Below, in pieces: positions 14,901 to 26,585 of a DNA stretch of 64,000 nucleotides. Numbering within the stretch: position 1 is the first letter of the stretch; each line of letters begins with the position of its first letter. The translations under genes and the position numbers were made by a program. The DNA is from Schmidtea polychroa (taxonomy: Eukaryota), in assembly GCA_044892525.1 (NCBI GenBank), contig CM097885.1, positions 139,996,001 through 140,060,000 on the forward strand, in the 5' to 3' direction. The notes beneath the pieces were generated by a model, which was not told the origin of the DNA, did no database searches, and was given only the letters and a program-made list of their open reading frames with translations.

Positions 14901-16452
14901 AAATCCAGTTGGAAGTGAAATTTCCTTCACTAAGCGCGATCGTTCATAGAGTATCCCATCGTATTCTTCAGTCACACCAAAATCTCCAACAGTGTTAAAG
15001 ATGAATAAATTCCACAGGAGAATAATTTATGTTGAGTTTGTTATTCACATCCATTTTTGATCTTGCGAGAAATCTATGTGGAATAGAAGGCTTCGTTCAT
15101 ATTCAGCTTGGTTGTCACTAAGTTTAGAAGGAGGATTTTTTTTTGACCACGATATACGAGAGATTCCACATTTTTGTGACATACCGCATGTCCGAGAAAT
15201 TTGACAAAATTCAGATCGCCATGATATTAGCTTCTAAACCCAACGTCAATGCACTTTTAGGGGAAATTATCGACCTGAGTTCGCCGATGGCGGGGATAAG
15301 AGCTCTCCTACTGACAGAAAAATAAACATTTCATGATAAACTATCAGAACACTCACCATCATTCTGTGGGGACTAGTTCCAACGATAAGGAGAAAATCGT
15401 CGATCCATCTTAGCCAGATTTGAATTAACTAGAGTAGGCGGCCAGGCATATTCTGATAAGATAACGAACAGGAAATTTTGTTTTCGTGAGGGCCGTTGAG
15501 TGAGACGTTGACAGTTGGTATCATAAATCCACAAACTAGCGCAAATCTAATAGTAGAGTGAATTTTTATCTGATAAATTGATGATTAACTTACGTACTCG
15601 AAACAATCCATTTATCTTCTGTCTCAGTCTGATTCATCTTCTGAATACCCATAATTTCGGCAGCAGTGAATAACATTTGATTACATCATTCTTCACAGAA
15701 TTAGTAGCTTAGTACACTGACAACCTATACAGACACGCCCCGACCCGAAATTTCAACAGTGGTCGATATAAATGAGAGGGCAAATTTGCACACAGCCACA
15801 CACGGATAGGCGTCGTCCAGACAACATGATACAGCGCAATTTTTTGAGAAAACATGCAAATTATAAGTCCTATTAAAATTCAAATTGATTTAATGCATTC
15901 ATAAATCCAAACAAGGGCTTAGTGCAACTCCAGGGGGCACCAGAAATACAGACTATGTTTTGTAACGCAATGCACGTATGATTTATAAAATCTCAACAGC
16001 ATGAGGGGAAAAATAGAACCTAATAAGCATAGCAAAGGTGACAAACATATAGGGAGAAAGATATCATAATGAATATATAATAATGAACCGAGAATGATAA
16101 CTGCAATAAATATACAATAAATATACTAAAGACCGCGTAAGTACCCGTGATGAATTTATGAAAGCGCGTGAGGTGAAATTGGCCTAAAAATCGGAATCTG
16201 AACTTTAAGTTGAACGAACCCAAAGTTAAATAAATAATTTTTTCAAAATTTCCGTTTCCTTTTCATAGAGGTGTGGAGACAGAGTAATCAACCTGGATGT
16301 TTGAGAAATAAATGTATGCGAATGTGGGTGGAAGGTATTTTGATTTATTACTTGGTGGAATGGTTGCTTTTATTATGGAACCCTTATCTAACATTGTAAA
16401 TGTCTTAAAAAACGAATTTGCCAGATTTAAACAAACACGTTTCGAATTTTAG

Positions 16453-17187
16453 ATGACCACTCCAACTAATTCTAATAAGGATCTCCGCCCGTGTTTTTCT
16501 TGCGCTGACAAGAACGCGGACATCGCCCAACTTCACTTATATATCGGGGCACTAAAAAAGAGGATCGACCTCTACGAAGGGACGTGGTTCTCCCCGCCAC
16601 AAATGAAAGAAGAGCGGAGCAAAATCTTGAGATTAGAACATTGTCGCGACAGCCTCCTGGAGGAGAGCCGCTGTCAGAGACTGACAATAAAGGCCCAGTC
16701 GGAAGCCCTCCACAAGGTGTACACGGAGGCCGAGCTGGCAAAACGAGTATGAGAGTTTCCCATTCAGGATAAAGTGAATGTCTTTCCCATTCACCATCAG
16801 TTACCCGAGTCGTCAAAGTCCAGCTGCAAGGGGCATGGCTCGCATCTGCCACCCATCCCAGCCCCAGTGCTTTCGGGTTACCAACCAATGGTAGGTGGCT
16901 CTTCTGACCCCATCCTGGCCCCAATTCTCATTGCACCCGTCATAGAACCTTCAAGAGGAAACGACCCGCCATCCCGCAAGAGGAAGCGACCAACCAGATC
17001 CGAAAAAAATCAAAAACGTAGAAACGCGATGGCCGCCCTCGAAGCGTCGTTGTCGGTGGCGCAATCAACGATCGAGAAAATATCCTCCACGCACTCAATT
17101 CCCGCAAAGGAAATCTTCCGAGTAATTCCAGCCGAAGGGATAAAGTTCATCTCAGATCGCCGGCACCTGTCGACATCGACGAAATGA
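16453..17187 (+). other. GC-rich overlapping ORFs of unknown identity (coiled-coil-like, then Pro-rich and basic RKRKR)
   Basis: ORFs 16453-16752 and 16774-17187 in sequence much richer in GC than the flanks, preceded by a TTTTAG acceptor-like site; no family recognised. Confidence 0.3.
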
Positions 17188-18203
17188 TTGCCGAAGGGGA
17201 GGTATTCCCGTAAAGAACTTTTCCATCGGTCTCGATTCTCCTGAATCATGAACAATCTTGAAAAGTGTGACGATTTAGTGCGCATGATTCTTAGTGCTCT
17301 GTCATTATGTAAATGATCGTGAGTGTTTTTCTATGTTCTTTTAATATAATTGTTCGATTTCTTTGAATGTGTTATTGGTGTGAGTAATATCGTGATTGAT
17401 TTGAATAAAAAAGTTATCATGAGGGTATAACATGAGATTAAAGGTCGTCCCTTTGGACCAGGGTCGGACTGAGTTATGTGCGAAGAGTTGGATAAGACCT
17501 TCTAAGGCACCGTGGAACCCGAACCGAGAAGGGGTTAGGAGTAGTCCTAACGCAGGGGCTCACCTGCTAACCTCTTCCAACCCGTGTGGGCAGTACCAAC
17601 GTGGAACATCAACACGGGCTCACACGTGGGAATATTTGTATGATCATTTGGAGTATGTAAGGGAAGTGTCTCAGCGGAATGACGAGGCTTTGTAGGTCTG
17701 ACAATCATGTATATATATTTATCTTCTCCCACATACGCCAACACACCGAAGAAAATATGCAGGGGTTTATTTATTGAATAATTCAATTAGTTAATATTGA
17801 ACATTATAAATGTATTATATATGTTATGTTGTGGGTATACGACTTTTAGAAAGGCTTCTAAGTACTCTACTTTTTGTAAATCTCGAATTATGATTCTATC
17901 TAAACGGCCATCGAATCTATGGCCACCTCTGTGACTCAATCACTCAGGTGGGTGTCGTAGAGGATGGCCTCCGTGGGGTAACACAATGTAGATCATCCAT
18001 TCATCGGTTAATTTCTCGCACCGGTAAGGGACTACCCGAACAGTAATAACTAACTCTTCTTCAGGTCATCCTCTTTCCATTCCACGAGTTCATCATACGC
18101 CCGTCTTCCACTTATAGTTTAGGACTATCTCTAAAAGAATAAAGTTCATATAAAATCATATTAAAATAAAGAAAATAAATAAAATGAGAAATTTATTTAT
18201 ATA

Positions 18204-18233
18204 CAGTGGTACCTCGATTAACGAGCTAAATTC
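18204..18233 (-). mobile_element. Terminal segment (TIR) of a Tigger/pogo element, separated from its body by insertions
   Basis: TA|CAGTGGTACCTCGATTAACGAG is a Tigger-type end; subterminal sequence resumes at 26593. Confidence 0.75.
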
Positions 18234-19088
18234 AAAAAAAAAAAAAAAAAAAAAATCAAATTTTATTTTAATCAAAACGCGGGCCATAAGGCCAAGAAGG
18301 GGAGATCGATTCTCACCCTTAAGAGTTCTGCAGCTTTTTATCAAATAATCGAAGGATATCAGAGTTATAAACTCCGATATCAGAACGTGGTTTTCCCTGA
18401 AAACTCCAGTCAGGTTTTTTGAGGGGATCCTTTCTGAAGCTCCTGGCAATTGATCATTCTCTTTTATGGTAAGCATCATTGGGCAGTGTAGGGGATAATC
18501 ATGGCTAATCATGAACATGATCAGCCATGGCCCATATAGATGCACCTGGCAATCATTCATTGGGGGTTGATTAGGAGAGGCAGAGCGAGTCCATCCTCTG
18601 TCAGGTGAGTTTCAGTTTCCGCCGGATCCAATTGATTTCTGTGGAGGTGTTCCAATCAGGTCCAATCATGTCAGGACGGATTTTCAGGTAGTAGTTTTTT
18701 GAAATGTTATTTGATTCCGCCGGATCCAATTGAATTGTGAAGATCTGGTCGGATTTCGAAGTTTTTCATATCCTCTGTCAGTTTGAGTTTCTGCTGGATC
18801 TAATTGGAGAAGAAATTCCAGTCAGGTCAGGATGGATAGTTCCAGCTTCAGTGTTATAAATGGAATGGTTCTGAAGGAAATGGTTAATTTTTTCGGAGTA
18901 GAAAGACTTCTATTGGTGATACTTGTAGCGTTGGATAATATAATATAATATAGCATATAGAATGTTAAAGGTATGAGAAAGATATAATAGAGATAGCAAG
19001 ACATTAGATAAAAAAAGGATTAACTGTCAATGGGCGGGATCCATACAAGGATCCCTACAAGTACCCAATGACAGTTGGGTAAAGAGAA

Positions 19089-20435
19089 CTAATGTCTCCT
19101 TTTATTCTTCTTTTTAACATTGTTCTTTGGTTTTTCAGGCAAGTTTATAGGATTGTCAGTTGAGTTAATAAACGTAGTAGATTGGTCTATGACATCAGGA
19201 TTTAGGTTTTCGGATAGGTGAGAGAATGCCGTGTTGACAGATGAGATAATTTTGGCAGCTAATTGTGGGTCTGGTAGTGACGAATTGCTGTCCCTGTGAC
19301 TGTGGAAGGCAGACATAATCACATCAATTTGGTTCATATGTTCAGGAGTTAGGGGTCCAGATATGCTTTGGGCTGAAGTTATCAAATTCATAATTTTATT
19401 GATCTGTATAATCGGATTCGTAGGTTTTTCAGAGTCGGAATTGGAGTTGATAACCGAATCAACAATCGTATTCATTTCGGTTATCATGTCATCAGGAGTT
19501 AGGATTTTTGGAGAGGCAGTGATTATCGGATTATCATTGTTGTCGAGGTCGGTATTGGAATTGAGGATCGGCATGATCAATTGAGTCAAGTGGTTTAAGT
19601 CAGAGGTATGATTTTTAGGTCGGTCCAGATATGAGGCTTCAGATGATTTAATGTTATCAGGTTTGAAGGCGGACTCACAGGCAGTTAAATTTGGTAATTT
19701 TGTATAATTTTCGTTAATTTTGGGTGTTGAAATGATAAGTCTAGATATTTGGTTCAGATGTTCTGCGTTTAAGGGCTCTGAAAGGTCTGCATAGGTTGAT
19801 TTGATTGAGTTCATGAGGTCATTGGCTACGTCGTTGGTCCTTGGCATGGCAATTGGATTGTCCTTGTTGAGTTGATGAATTAGCATGGATATTTGATCTA
19901 GATGCTCAGTCGTAAGGGGTTTGGATAGGTCTTGATAGTTTGAGTTGATGGAGTTTATGAGTTCCGATATAGAAGTTGGATGGTCTTCATTAAGTTGATC
20001 AGTTTCTTGGGTATTTTGGTGAATAAGTCTAGATATTTGGTTCAGATGTTCTGCGCTTAAGGGCTCTGAAAGGTCTGCATAGGTTGATTTGATTGAGTTC
20101 ATGAGGTCATTGGCTACGTCGTTGGTCCTTGGCATGGCAATTGGATTGTCCTTGTTGAGTTGATGAATAAGCATGGATAATTGATCTAGATGCACGGTCG
20201 CAAGGGGTTCGGATAGGTCTTGATAGTTTGAGTTGATGGAGTTTATGAGTTCCTATATGGAAGTTGGATGGTCTTTATTAAGTTGATCAGTTTCTTGGGT
20301 ATTTTGGTGAATAAGTCTGGGTAATTGATTCAGATCTTCAGTAGCAAGGCGTTCGTAGAGGTCTGGATTTTGGTTAGTGGGTGGCTTTTTTGGGATTGGG
20401 CTAGAGTAGTGGGGTCTTGGTTGGTTTATATAGGT
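19089..20435 (-). pseudogene. 3' part of the repeat-protein ORF (48/96-aa repeats), in frame with 25603-26585
   Basis: Removing the gypsy and one TSD gives continuous KIWKPKSYTYINQPRP...; one TAG at 20253-20255 where the sister repeat has TCG. Confidence 0.8.
19740..20316 (-). repeat. 288-bp (96-aa) tandem duplication made of two diverged 48-aa monomers
   Basis: TCTAGATATTTGGTTCAGATG recurs at 19740 and 20028. Confidence 0.9.
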
Positions 20436-20680
20436 TGTGAGGAAGATTTAATTATTAGCACAATATAATATTATAATAATAAATTACATCTGAATTATTA
20501 CTATTAAGAAATTAACATATACATATATTAAAGCATTATATTCGTATTATATTATGGCGTACATAATTATTATTGTTATTTAGAAATGCTTAATCGTCAA
20601 TTTAAGGATTTGTTTAGTCAAACCGATATTGTTATAATTTTTGAATATAATTTGAATTCGACTTCTAGTTTTATTTAACA
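20436..20680 (+). repeat. 5' LTR of gypsy element 2
   Basis: Matches 25358-25602. Confidence 0.97.
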
Positions 20681-21843
20681 TGGCGACCCTGGCAATAGTG
20701 AATAAGATGATTCCGGATGTTTACGACGGAAGACACGAAATCGAAACTTTCATTTAAGAATGTAAGCGATATTTTCAGTTATGTGGGTTAGATCAAGATA
20801 ACCAAAATATGATGATAAAATGCCTTATTTCAAGAGATATTTTACCGATTTATGAAGCCGTCGATGTCAAATTTATTAATTTTGAAGATAGACTCAGAGA
20901 AGCTTTCAAGAAGCCGTCAACACTGATAGGCGATTTTCTGAACTTATACAATTATGAGAAAGATAACGATGCAGCGCCAGTGTTTTTCGAAAAGATTGAG
21001 AAAATGGTCGACAAAGTATTGAAACACAAGTGGGATAAAAACGAATTAGTCGCTTATTTTTTGATACATTGTGTCAAAGACAAAGAAATCCAAAAAGAGA
21101 TCAAGATGCGAGATGCTTTAAAAGTCGAAGAGATCAAGGACGTAATTCGTAAAGTTGATGCTATCAACATTGAAGTTTCTAGTATTGCAGTTATGCAAAG
21201 AAAAGAAACGTTCGCAAACGTAATAAAGAAACGACAAGGATTTGCCGATATACAAGATCGACAACGCAATTTTTCAAATGTTCAAGAAAGACGAAATTTT
21301 GAACCAAGATTCAATTCTATTCCGCACGCTCAAAGCTTCGATTCTGGAAGGAATACTAATCAACAGTATTACCATAGAGACAACAGAGCAAGTGGAAGTC
21401 GCGTTGTTACATGTTGGAATTGTCAAGAACTAGGACATTCGAGTCGAGAATGCTCAAAAAAGAAGTGTTATGGATGTGGAAAAGAAGGACACATGATTAG
21501 AGAATGTAAAAATAACAAGATAAATTCAGAATTGAGATGCAACGCTTGTAAGGAATCTGGCCATCACCGGGGAGAATGTCCATCGATTTCATGCTCAGGA
21601 TGTGGAAAACGTGGTCATTTGCGGTTTCAATGTTGGGGAACAGCAGACACACGATCATCAGGAAGAAACCAATCTAGAAATTACGAGGATAACAGACGAT
21701 ATCAAGACAGATATGCCGATGGAAGAGTGGCAGCTATGGAAGACCGCGGAAACGAAGCGGAGGATTCTCAGTCTACCCGAAGTGATGGACACCCAAATGG
21801 GAGGGCTCCATCATTAGGCGAGATGATAGGAGCCATGCATTAA
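20680..21843 (+). CDS. gag: Gag with four CCHC zinc knuckles; ATG at 20680, premature TAA at 20755, open from 20758
   Basis: CWNCQELGHSSREC, CYGCGKEGHMIREC, CNACKESGHHRGEC, CSGCGKRGHLRFQC; upstream in-frame MATLAIVNKMIPDVYDG. Confidence 0.92.
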
Positions 21844-22523
21844 AAGGTAATAATGATGATTGTGTGCGGCAAGATAAGTATAGTATATTTTTTAATAATA
21901 ATAGTAATAGTAATTTAGACAGTATGTATAATTTTAAAAGTAGTAATAATAATTTAGACAGTATATCTAAATCAAATTTAAAGGTAAAAAATATTAGATT
22001 TAAATCAGATGTAATTTTAGAAGATAGTATTAAAAACGTGAAAAGTAAATTAAAAAAATATGATGTAATAAAGGAAGATAATCAGAGTAACAGTAAGATT
22101 ATATATGACGTAAGAGATAAAACTGATATTAATGATTATAATTGGATGCGTGATAAAATTAATGTAATTGAAAATAAATGTGATCAGAATTGTAAGAAGA
22201 TAATAAGTATTTGTGAGGCAAAATTAATAAATAGCAGTAAAAGGTTTGTTTATGACGAAACATTGGATAAACATATAAATAATATTTCTGTTTTAAATGA
22301 CGATTTAGAAATTGTATATGATAAGATGGGTGGAAGACCAAGCGTAATAGTTGGGATTAATAGGATTTATTTCAAACATTGTCTATTGGATACGGGGGCT
22401 AGAATGAATGTAATAGATAGCTCGATCATCAAAGAAATAGGTGAGATAGATATTAAACCTCACAATGAAGGAATTTGGTGTGCAAATGGCGTCCATTGGA
22501 AACATTTGGCAATGTTAAATTGA
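21786..22523 (+). CDS. Asn/Lys-rich spacer plus aspartic protease (-1 frame relative to gag)
   Basis: LLDTGARMNVI active-site motif. Confidence 0.88.
   Translation, partial: WTPKWEGSIIRRDDRSHALKGNNDDCVRQDKYSIFFNNNSNSNLDSMYNFKSSNNNLDSISKSNLKVKNIRFKSDVILEDSIKNVKSKLKKYDVIKEDNQSNSKIIYDVRDKTDINDYNWMRDKINVIENKCDQNCKKIISICEAKLINSSKRFVYDETLDKHINNISVLNDDLEIVYDKMGGRPSVIVGINRIYFKHCLLDTGARMNVIDSSIIKEIGEIDIKPHNEGIWCANGVHWKHLAMLN
21792..21834 (+). promoter_or_regulatory. Putative -1 ribosomal frameshift signal (gag to pro-pol)
   Basis: In-frame heptamer C CCA AAT, 5-nt spacer, then hairpin GGCTCCATCAT / ATGAT-A-GGAGCC; -1 frame open from 21786 to 22523. Confidence 0.75.
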
Positions 22524-25390
22524 AGATTCAAATCGGTAACAAAGAAGAGAATGTGATTTTTGTTGTTGTTAAAAAGGTTTCACCGTCAATTATTGGTGGG
22601 ATAGATTTACTTCGTCAATTCAACATCAAGTTAATGAAAATAAACGATAGTATAACTGAAAATACGGAAATAGAAAATAATTTTAATGAAATTTGTAATA
22701 TTGAGGCAAGATTTAGCAACTCATATAATAATGAGAAAAGATTTAGTCGAGCAATAAAATTATTTGATTTAAAAAAAGGAGATAAAATGTATCAGATAAT
22801 TAATGAAAATAAAGAAGTTTTTATGGCTGATAAATGGGACATTGGAAAAACAGATTTATTATGGCACGAAATCAAAACTACTGAGGGCCCAATTTACATG
22901 AACCCTAGACGACAACCGGCTCATTTAGAAGAAAAGATTGAGGAGGCTATAAAAAATTTGGAAGAAAATGGTATTATTAGGAAATGTGATTCGAGTTGGA
23001 ATACTCCATTGGTATGTGTTTGGAAAAAAGAAAAGAATGACATCAGATTGTGTTTGGATTTTAGAAACCTAAATAAAATAACAGAAAGACAAATATTTCC
23101 AATGCCTAATATTGAACAAATGTTAGATTCACTCAATGGATCCAAGTTTTTTAGTACTATAGATCTTGGAAGTGCATATTATCAAGTGGAGTTAACAAAT
23201 AATTCACAAGAAAAAACCGCATTTTCAACAAGGAGCGGACAGTACTGTTTTAATAGAATGCCTTTTGGAATTGCTGCGGCACCGGCTACATTTCAAAAAC
23301 TAATGAATATGGTTTTAGGAAAACTTCTGTGGAATACAGCTATTGTATATTTGGATGACATATTAATATTTTCTACAAATAAAGAAGAGCATTTTAAAAG
23401 AATAAATGAAGTATTAATGAAAATTAAGGAAGCGGGATTACGAGTAAATCCAGAAAAATGTATATTTTTAACAAATGAGACAAAATTTTTAGGCCATATA
23501 ATTAATAATGAAGGTGTGAAAGTGGATGAAAATAAAATTGAAGCAATTAAAAATTTTGTAAGACCTCAATGTTTGAAACAACTAAGAAGTTTTTTGGGGT
23601 TGTGTAATTATTATAGAAAATTTATAAAAAATTATTCAATGTTTTCACGAATATTAGAGTCTATATGTGGTACGACTAATGAAAAACTTATATGGTCAGA
23701 AAAATGTGAAGAAGCATTTGAAGAATTAAAAAATGCATTATCGAAAACACCAGTATTAATATACCCTAACTTTCAGAAAGAATTTATTTTGGACACTGAT
23801 GCAAGTTTTGACACAATTGGTGCGGTGTTATCACAGTTAGACGAACAGGGACATGAGCGAGTAATTGCATATGGTTCGCATTCAATGAATAAGCATGAAA
23901 TAGGTTATTGTATAACAAGGAAGGAGTTATTGGCCATTTATTATTTTACTCAACATTTTAAACATTATTTGTATGGGAAAAAATTTAAATTAAGAACGGA
24001 CCATAAAGCAATAACATTCATGATGGCAACAAAAAAGCCAATCACGGCACAATTCCAAACTTGGATAAATTTTCTTAGCAGTTTGGATATGGATATTTCA
24101 TTTAGAAAAGGTATGGAACATACCAATGCAGATGCATTATCCCGAGATAAGTGTGGACGATGTACTCAATGTATGGAAGTTCATGAAAATCCTAAAACAG
24201 AAAAAATGAAAACAAGACTTTTAACAATGACAGCTGTTAAGCAAGGTGTGATTTGGCAAAAGGGTAATGTTGAGATAGAAAATCAAAAAGAACTAATCAT
24301 GAAAAATGTAAAAACTAAATTTAAGATTGATGATGATGTTATCATGACAAAAGAAAATAAAATTTGGATTCCTAAAAACAATCGCGAAAAATTTATCAAA
24401 GAAATGCATAAAATCCTATGCCACGCAGGTTGCAAAAAAGTGATTGACTACATAAAAGTAAATTATGACATGGATGAATTACAAATGATAACTACAGAAA
24501 TTATTCAAAATTGTGAATTATGTCAAAAAAGAAAAACACTAACAACTAAAACAAAGGAAACTATACTAAAAACGGAAGTGTCGAAACCGTTTGAAACAAT
24601 TGCTATAGATTTTTGTGGACCTTTGAAAACAAGTGTACATGGGAAAAAGTATATTTTAGGAATTATTGATATGTGCACTCGATATATTTCTCTTACAGCA
24701 GTTTCTAAGCAAGATGAGAAAACAACAGCGGACACAATAATGAAATTTTGGATTCTAAAATACGGTTCTCCTAGGATAATTCAAGTAGATTGTGGGAAGA
24801 CATTTGAATCAGGTGTGATGAAAGAATTAGCTAAAACCCATAACATAATGCTTCAATTTTCAAGTCCATACCATCATAGTGCAAATGGATTAATAGAACG
24901 GCAATTTCGAACAATAAGAGATTTCATGAGTACCTCAATTAAAGATAGATTAAAAAGCAATTGGGTAGAGGTATTACCAGAAATTGAATTTGCTTTGAAC
25001 GCAACCGTACAAAGTACATTAGGGAAAAGTCCAGCGGAAATAGTATTTGGGTTTCGAATAACAAGAGAATGGCAAAACAAAAAGGAAGTTACTAATGACC
25101 GAATTAGAATCATTGAAGAGATACAAGAAAAGCAAAGAAATGTTAAGTACAGAAACGCAGATAGAATTAATAGAGAATTTAAAATAGATGACAACGTTTT
25201 AGTAAAGATAGACACAAGAAAAAAAGAAGATGATAGATACAGAGGACCTTTTCGAGTGATAAAAAAACTACATGATAGAAGTTACGAACTTATGGATAAA
25301 GAAGGTAAAACAATGATTCGAAATGTAGAATGGCTAAAGCCTTTTAAACAGGGGGGATGTGAGGAAGATTTAATTATTAGCACAATATAA
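22475..25390 (+). CDS. pol: Pol: RT, RNase H, integrase; separated from the protease by an apparent 1-bp deletion near 22490
   Basis: CLDFRNLN, YLDD, LDTDAS, TDHKA, HxxxxH/CxxC, IQVDCG and NGLIER motifs. Confidence 0.96.
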   Translation: MVCKWRPLETFGNVKLKIQIGNKEENVIFVVVKKVSPSIIGGIDLLRQFNIKLMKINDSITENTEIENNFNEICNIEARFSNSYNNEKRFSRAIKLFDLKKGDKMYQIINENKEVFMADKWDIGKTDLLWHEIKTTEGPIYMNPRRQPAHLEEKIEEAIKNLEENGIIRKCDSSWNTPLVCVWKKEKNDIRLCLDFRNLNKITERQIFPMPNIEQMLDSLNGSKFFSTIDLGSAYYQVELTNNSQEKTAFSTRSGQYCFNRMPFGIAAAPATFQKLMNMVLGKLLWNTAIVYLDDILIFSTNKEEHFKRINEVLMKIKEAGLRVNPEKCIFLTNETKFLGHIINNEGVKVDENKIEAIKNFVRPQCLKQLRSFLGLCNYYRKFIKNYSMFSRILESICGTTNEKLIWSEKCEEAFEELKNALSKTPVLIYPNFQKEFILDTDASFDTIGAVLSQLDEQGHERVIAYGSHSMNKHEIGYCITRKELLAIYYFTQHFKHYLYGKKFKLRTDHKAITFMMATKKPITAQFQTWINFLSSLDMDISFRKGMEHTNADALSRDKCGRCTQCMEVHENPKTEKMKTRLLTMTAVKQGVIWQKGNVEIENQKELIMKNVKTKFKIDDDVIMTKENKIWIPKNNREKFIKEMHKILCHAGCKKVIDYIKVNYDMDELQMITTEIIQNCELCQKRKTLTTKTKETILKTEVSKPFETIAIDFCGPLKTSVHGKKYILGIIDMCTRYISLTAVSKQDEKTTADTIMKFWILKYGSPRIIQVDCGKTFESGVMKELAKTHNIMLQFSSPYHHSANGLIERQFRTIRDFMSTSIKDRLKSNWVEVLPEIEFALNATVQSTLGKSPAEIVFGFRITREWQNKKEVTNDRIRIIEEIQEKQRNVKYRNADRINREFKIDDNVLVKIDTRKKEDDRYRGPFRVIKKLHDRSYELMDKEGKTMIRNVEWLKPFKQGGCEEDLIISTI

Positions 25391-25602
25391 TATTATAATA
25401 ATAAATTACATCTGAATTATTACTATTAAGAAATTAACATATACATATATTAAAGTATTATATTCGTATTATATTATGGCGTACATAATTATTATTGTTA
25501 TTTAGAAATGCTTAATCGTCAATTTAAGGATTTGTTTAGTCAAACCGATATTGTTATAATTTTTGAATATAATTTGAATTCGACTTCTAGTTTTATTTAA
25601 CA
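25358..25602 (+). repeat. 3' LTR of gypsy element 2
   Basis: Matches 20436-20680. Confidence 0.97.
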
Positions 25603-26585
25603 TAGGTGTAGGATTTCGGTTTCCATATTTTGACGGTTTGTTTTTGAGCATATTGAGGTTCGTTTGTCGGAAGTGCTGTCATCAGTAGTCGTCCGGAGGC
25701 ATGTGAGGAATAATTTGGCCGTTTAACGTTTTCTGTGAGTCGGCCGAAGGCCGGCGAGCTGCGAATGAATTTTTCGGACACGGGGCTTACGTTTGCTGTG
25801 AGTTGGCCGTAGGCCGACGAGCTGCGTATAATTTTTTCGTCCTCCAGCGGAGGACGAAAAAAATTTTTAGCGTGGTCATTGGATCTGAAATTATTGTTAG
25901 AATATTCAAACAAATTACTCCGAATTTGTTTTTTCTTTAATTTTTTACGTTTTTTATATTTAGAAATTTTAGATTTAATTATAAAATCATTAAAAAACCA
26001 ATTATCATGTTTTTTTTCAAAAAATGTATTCACGTTTTTATTTTTTAAAGCTTGTTTTTTAATAAAAATTTCATTACTTTTATTAATTTTATAGAGTATA
26101 TTTTTAAGATTAAAATTAGTATTTTCATTAAAATAATGATTTTCTTTTGAATTAGGATTTTTAGAATTAACATTTTTCTTAAAAAAAGCATGTTTTCCGA
26201 AGGAATTAATATTAAAAGAATGGGAAAAATTAAGGTAGTTTTGATCATAAGTTACGTTTGAGTGCCATATTTTTATAGCTGTTTCGAAAGCATCTAGGAA
26301 TTCAATATGCTGCTCTCGGACCAAGTTTTCAATAGTAAAACATCCAGAGATAATATTGTCGGCATATTTGAACGTATTATGGCTTATTTCCCGAATATTG
26401 GAGCCAACACAGTCCCAGCATGCTTTTCGGAGATCCTTCGACATTTCAATGGTTCCTGAAAAAAAGTTAATAAGCTGAAAAGCAATAAAAAACTCATTGA
26501 TTTCTGCTCCAGTGCTAGTGAATGTTATATGGAGTAATTCTACTAAGCTCTGGGGACTTTTACCAAAAATCTTTAGCGTGGTCAT
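25603..26585 (-). pseudogene. 5' part of the repeat-protein ORF (unknown N-terminal domain plus Asn/Lys-rich region)
   Basis: Open frame from ATG 26585 to the gypsy TSD; continues in frame at 20430. Confidence 0.75.

Larger units (their letters stand above)
20436..25602 (+). mobile_element. Full-length Ty3/gypsy LTR retrotransposon (5167 bp), recent insertion
   Basis: TG...CA LTRs of 245 bp (one mismatch seen); TSD TAGGT at 20431-20435 and 25603-25607; PBS TGGCGACCCTGG; PPT AAACAGGGGGGA; gag-PR-RT-RH-IN order. Confidence 0.98.

Noticed and set aside
15361-15430. Telomerase RT from WLRWIDDFLL
   Set aside because: An in-frame stop lies just upstream, and no T, A, B' or E motifs were found at the expected spacing.
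17900-18000. HDV-like ribozyme
   Set aside because: P2/P3-like pairings exist, but I could not place P1, P1.1 and the catalytic C consistently.
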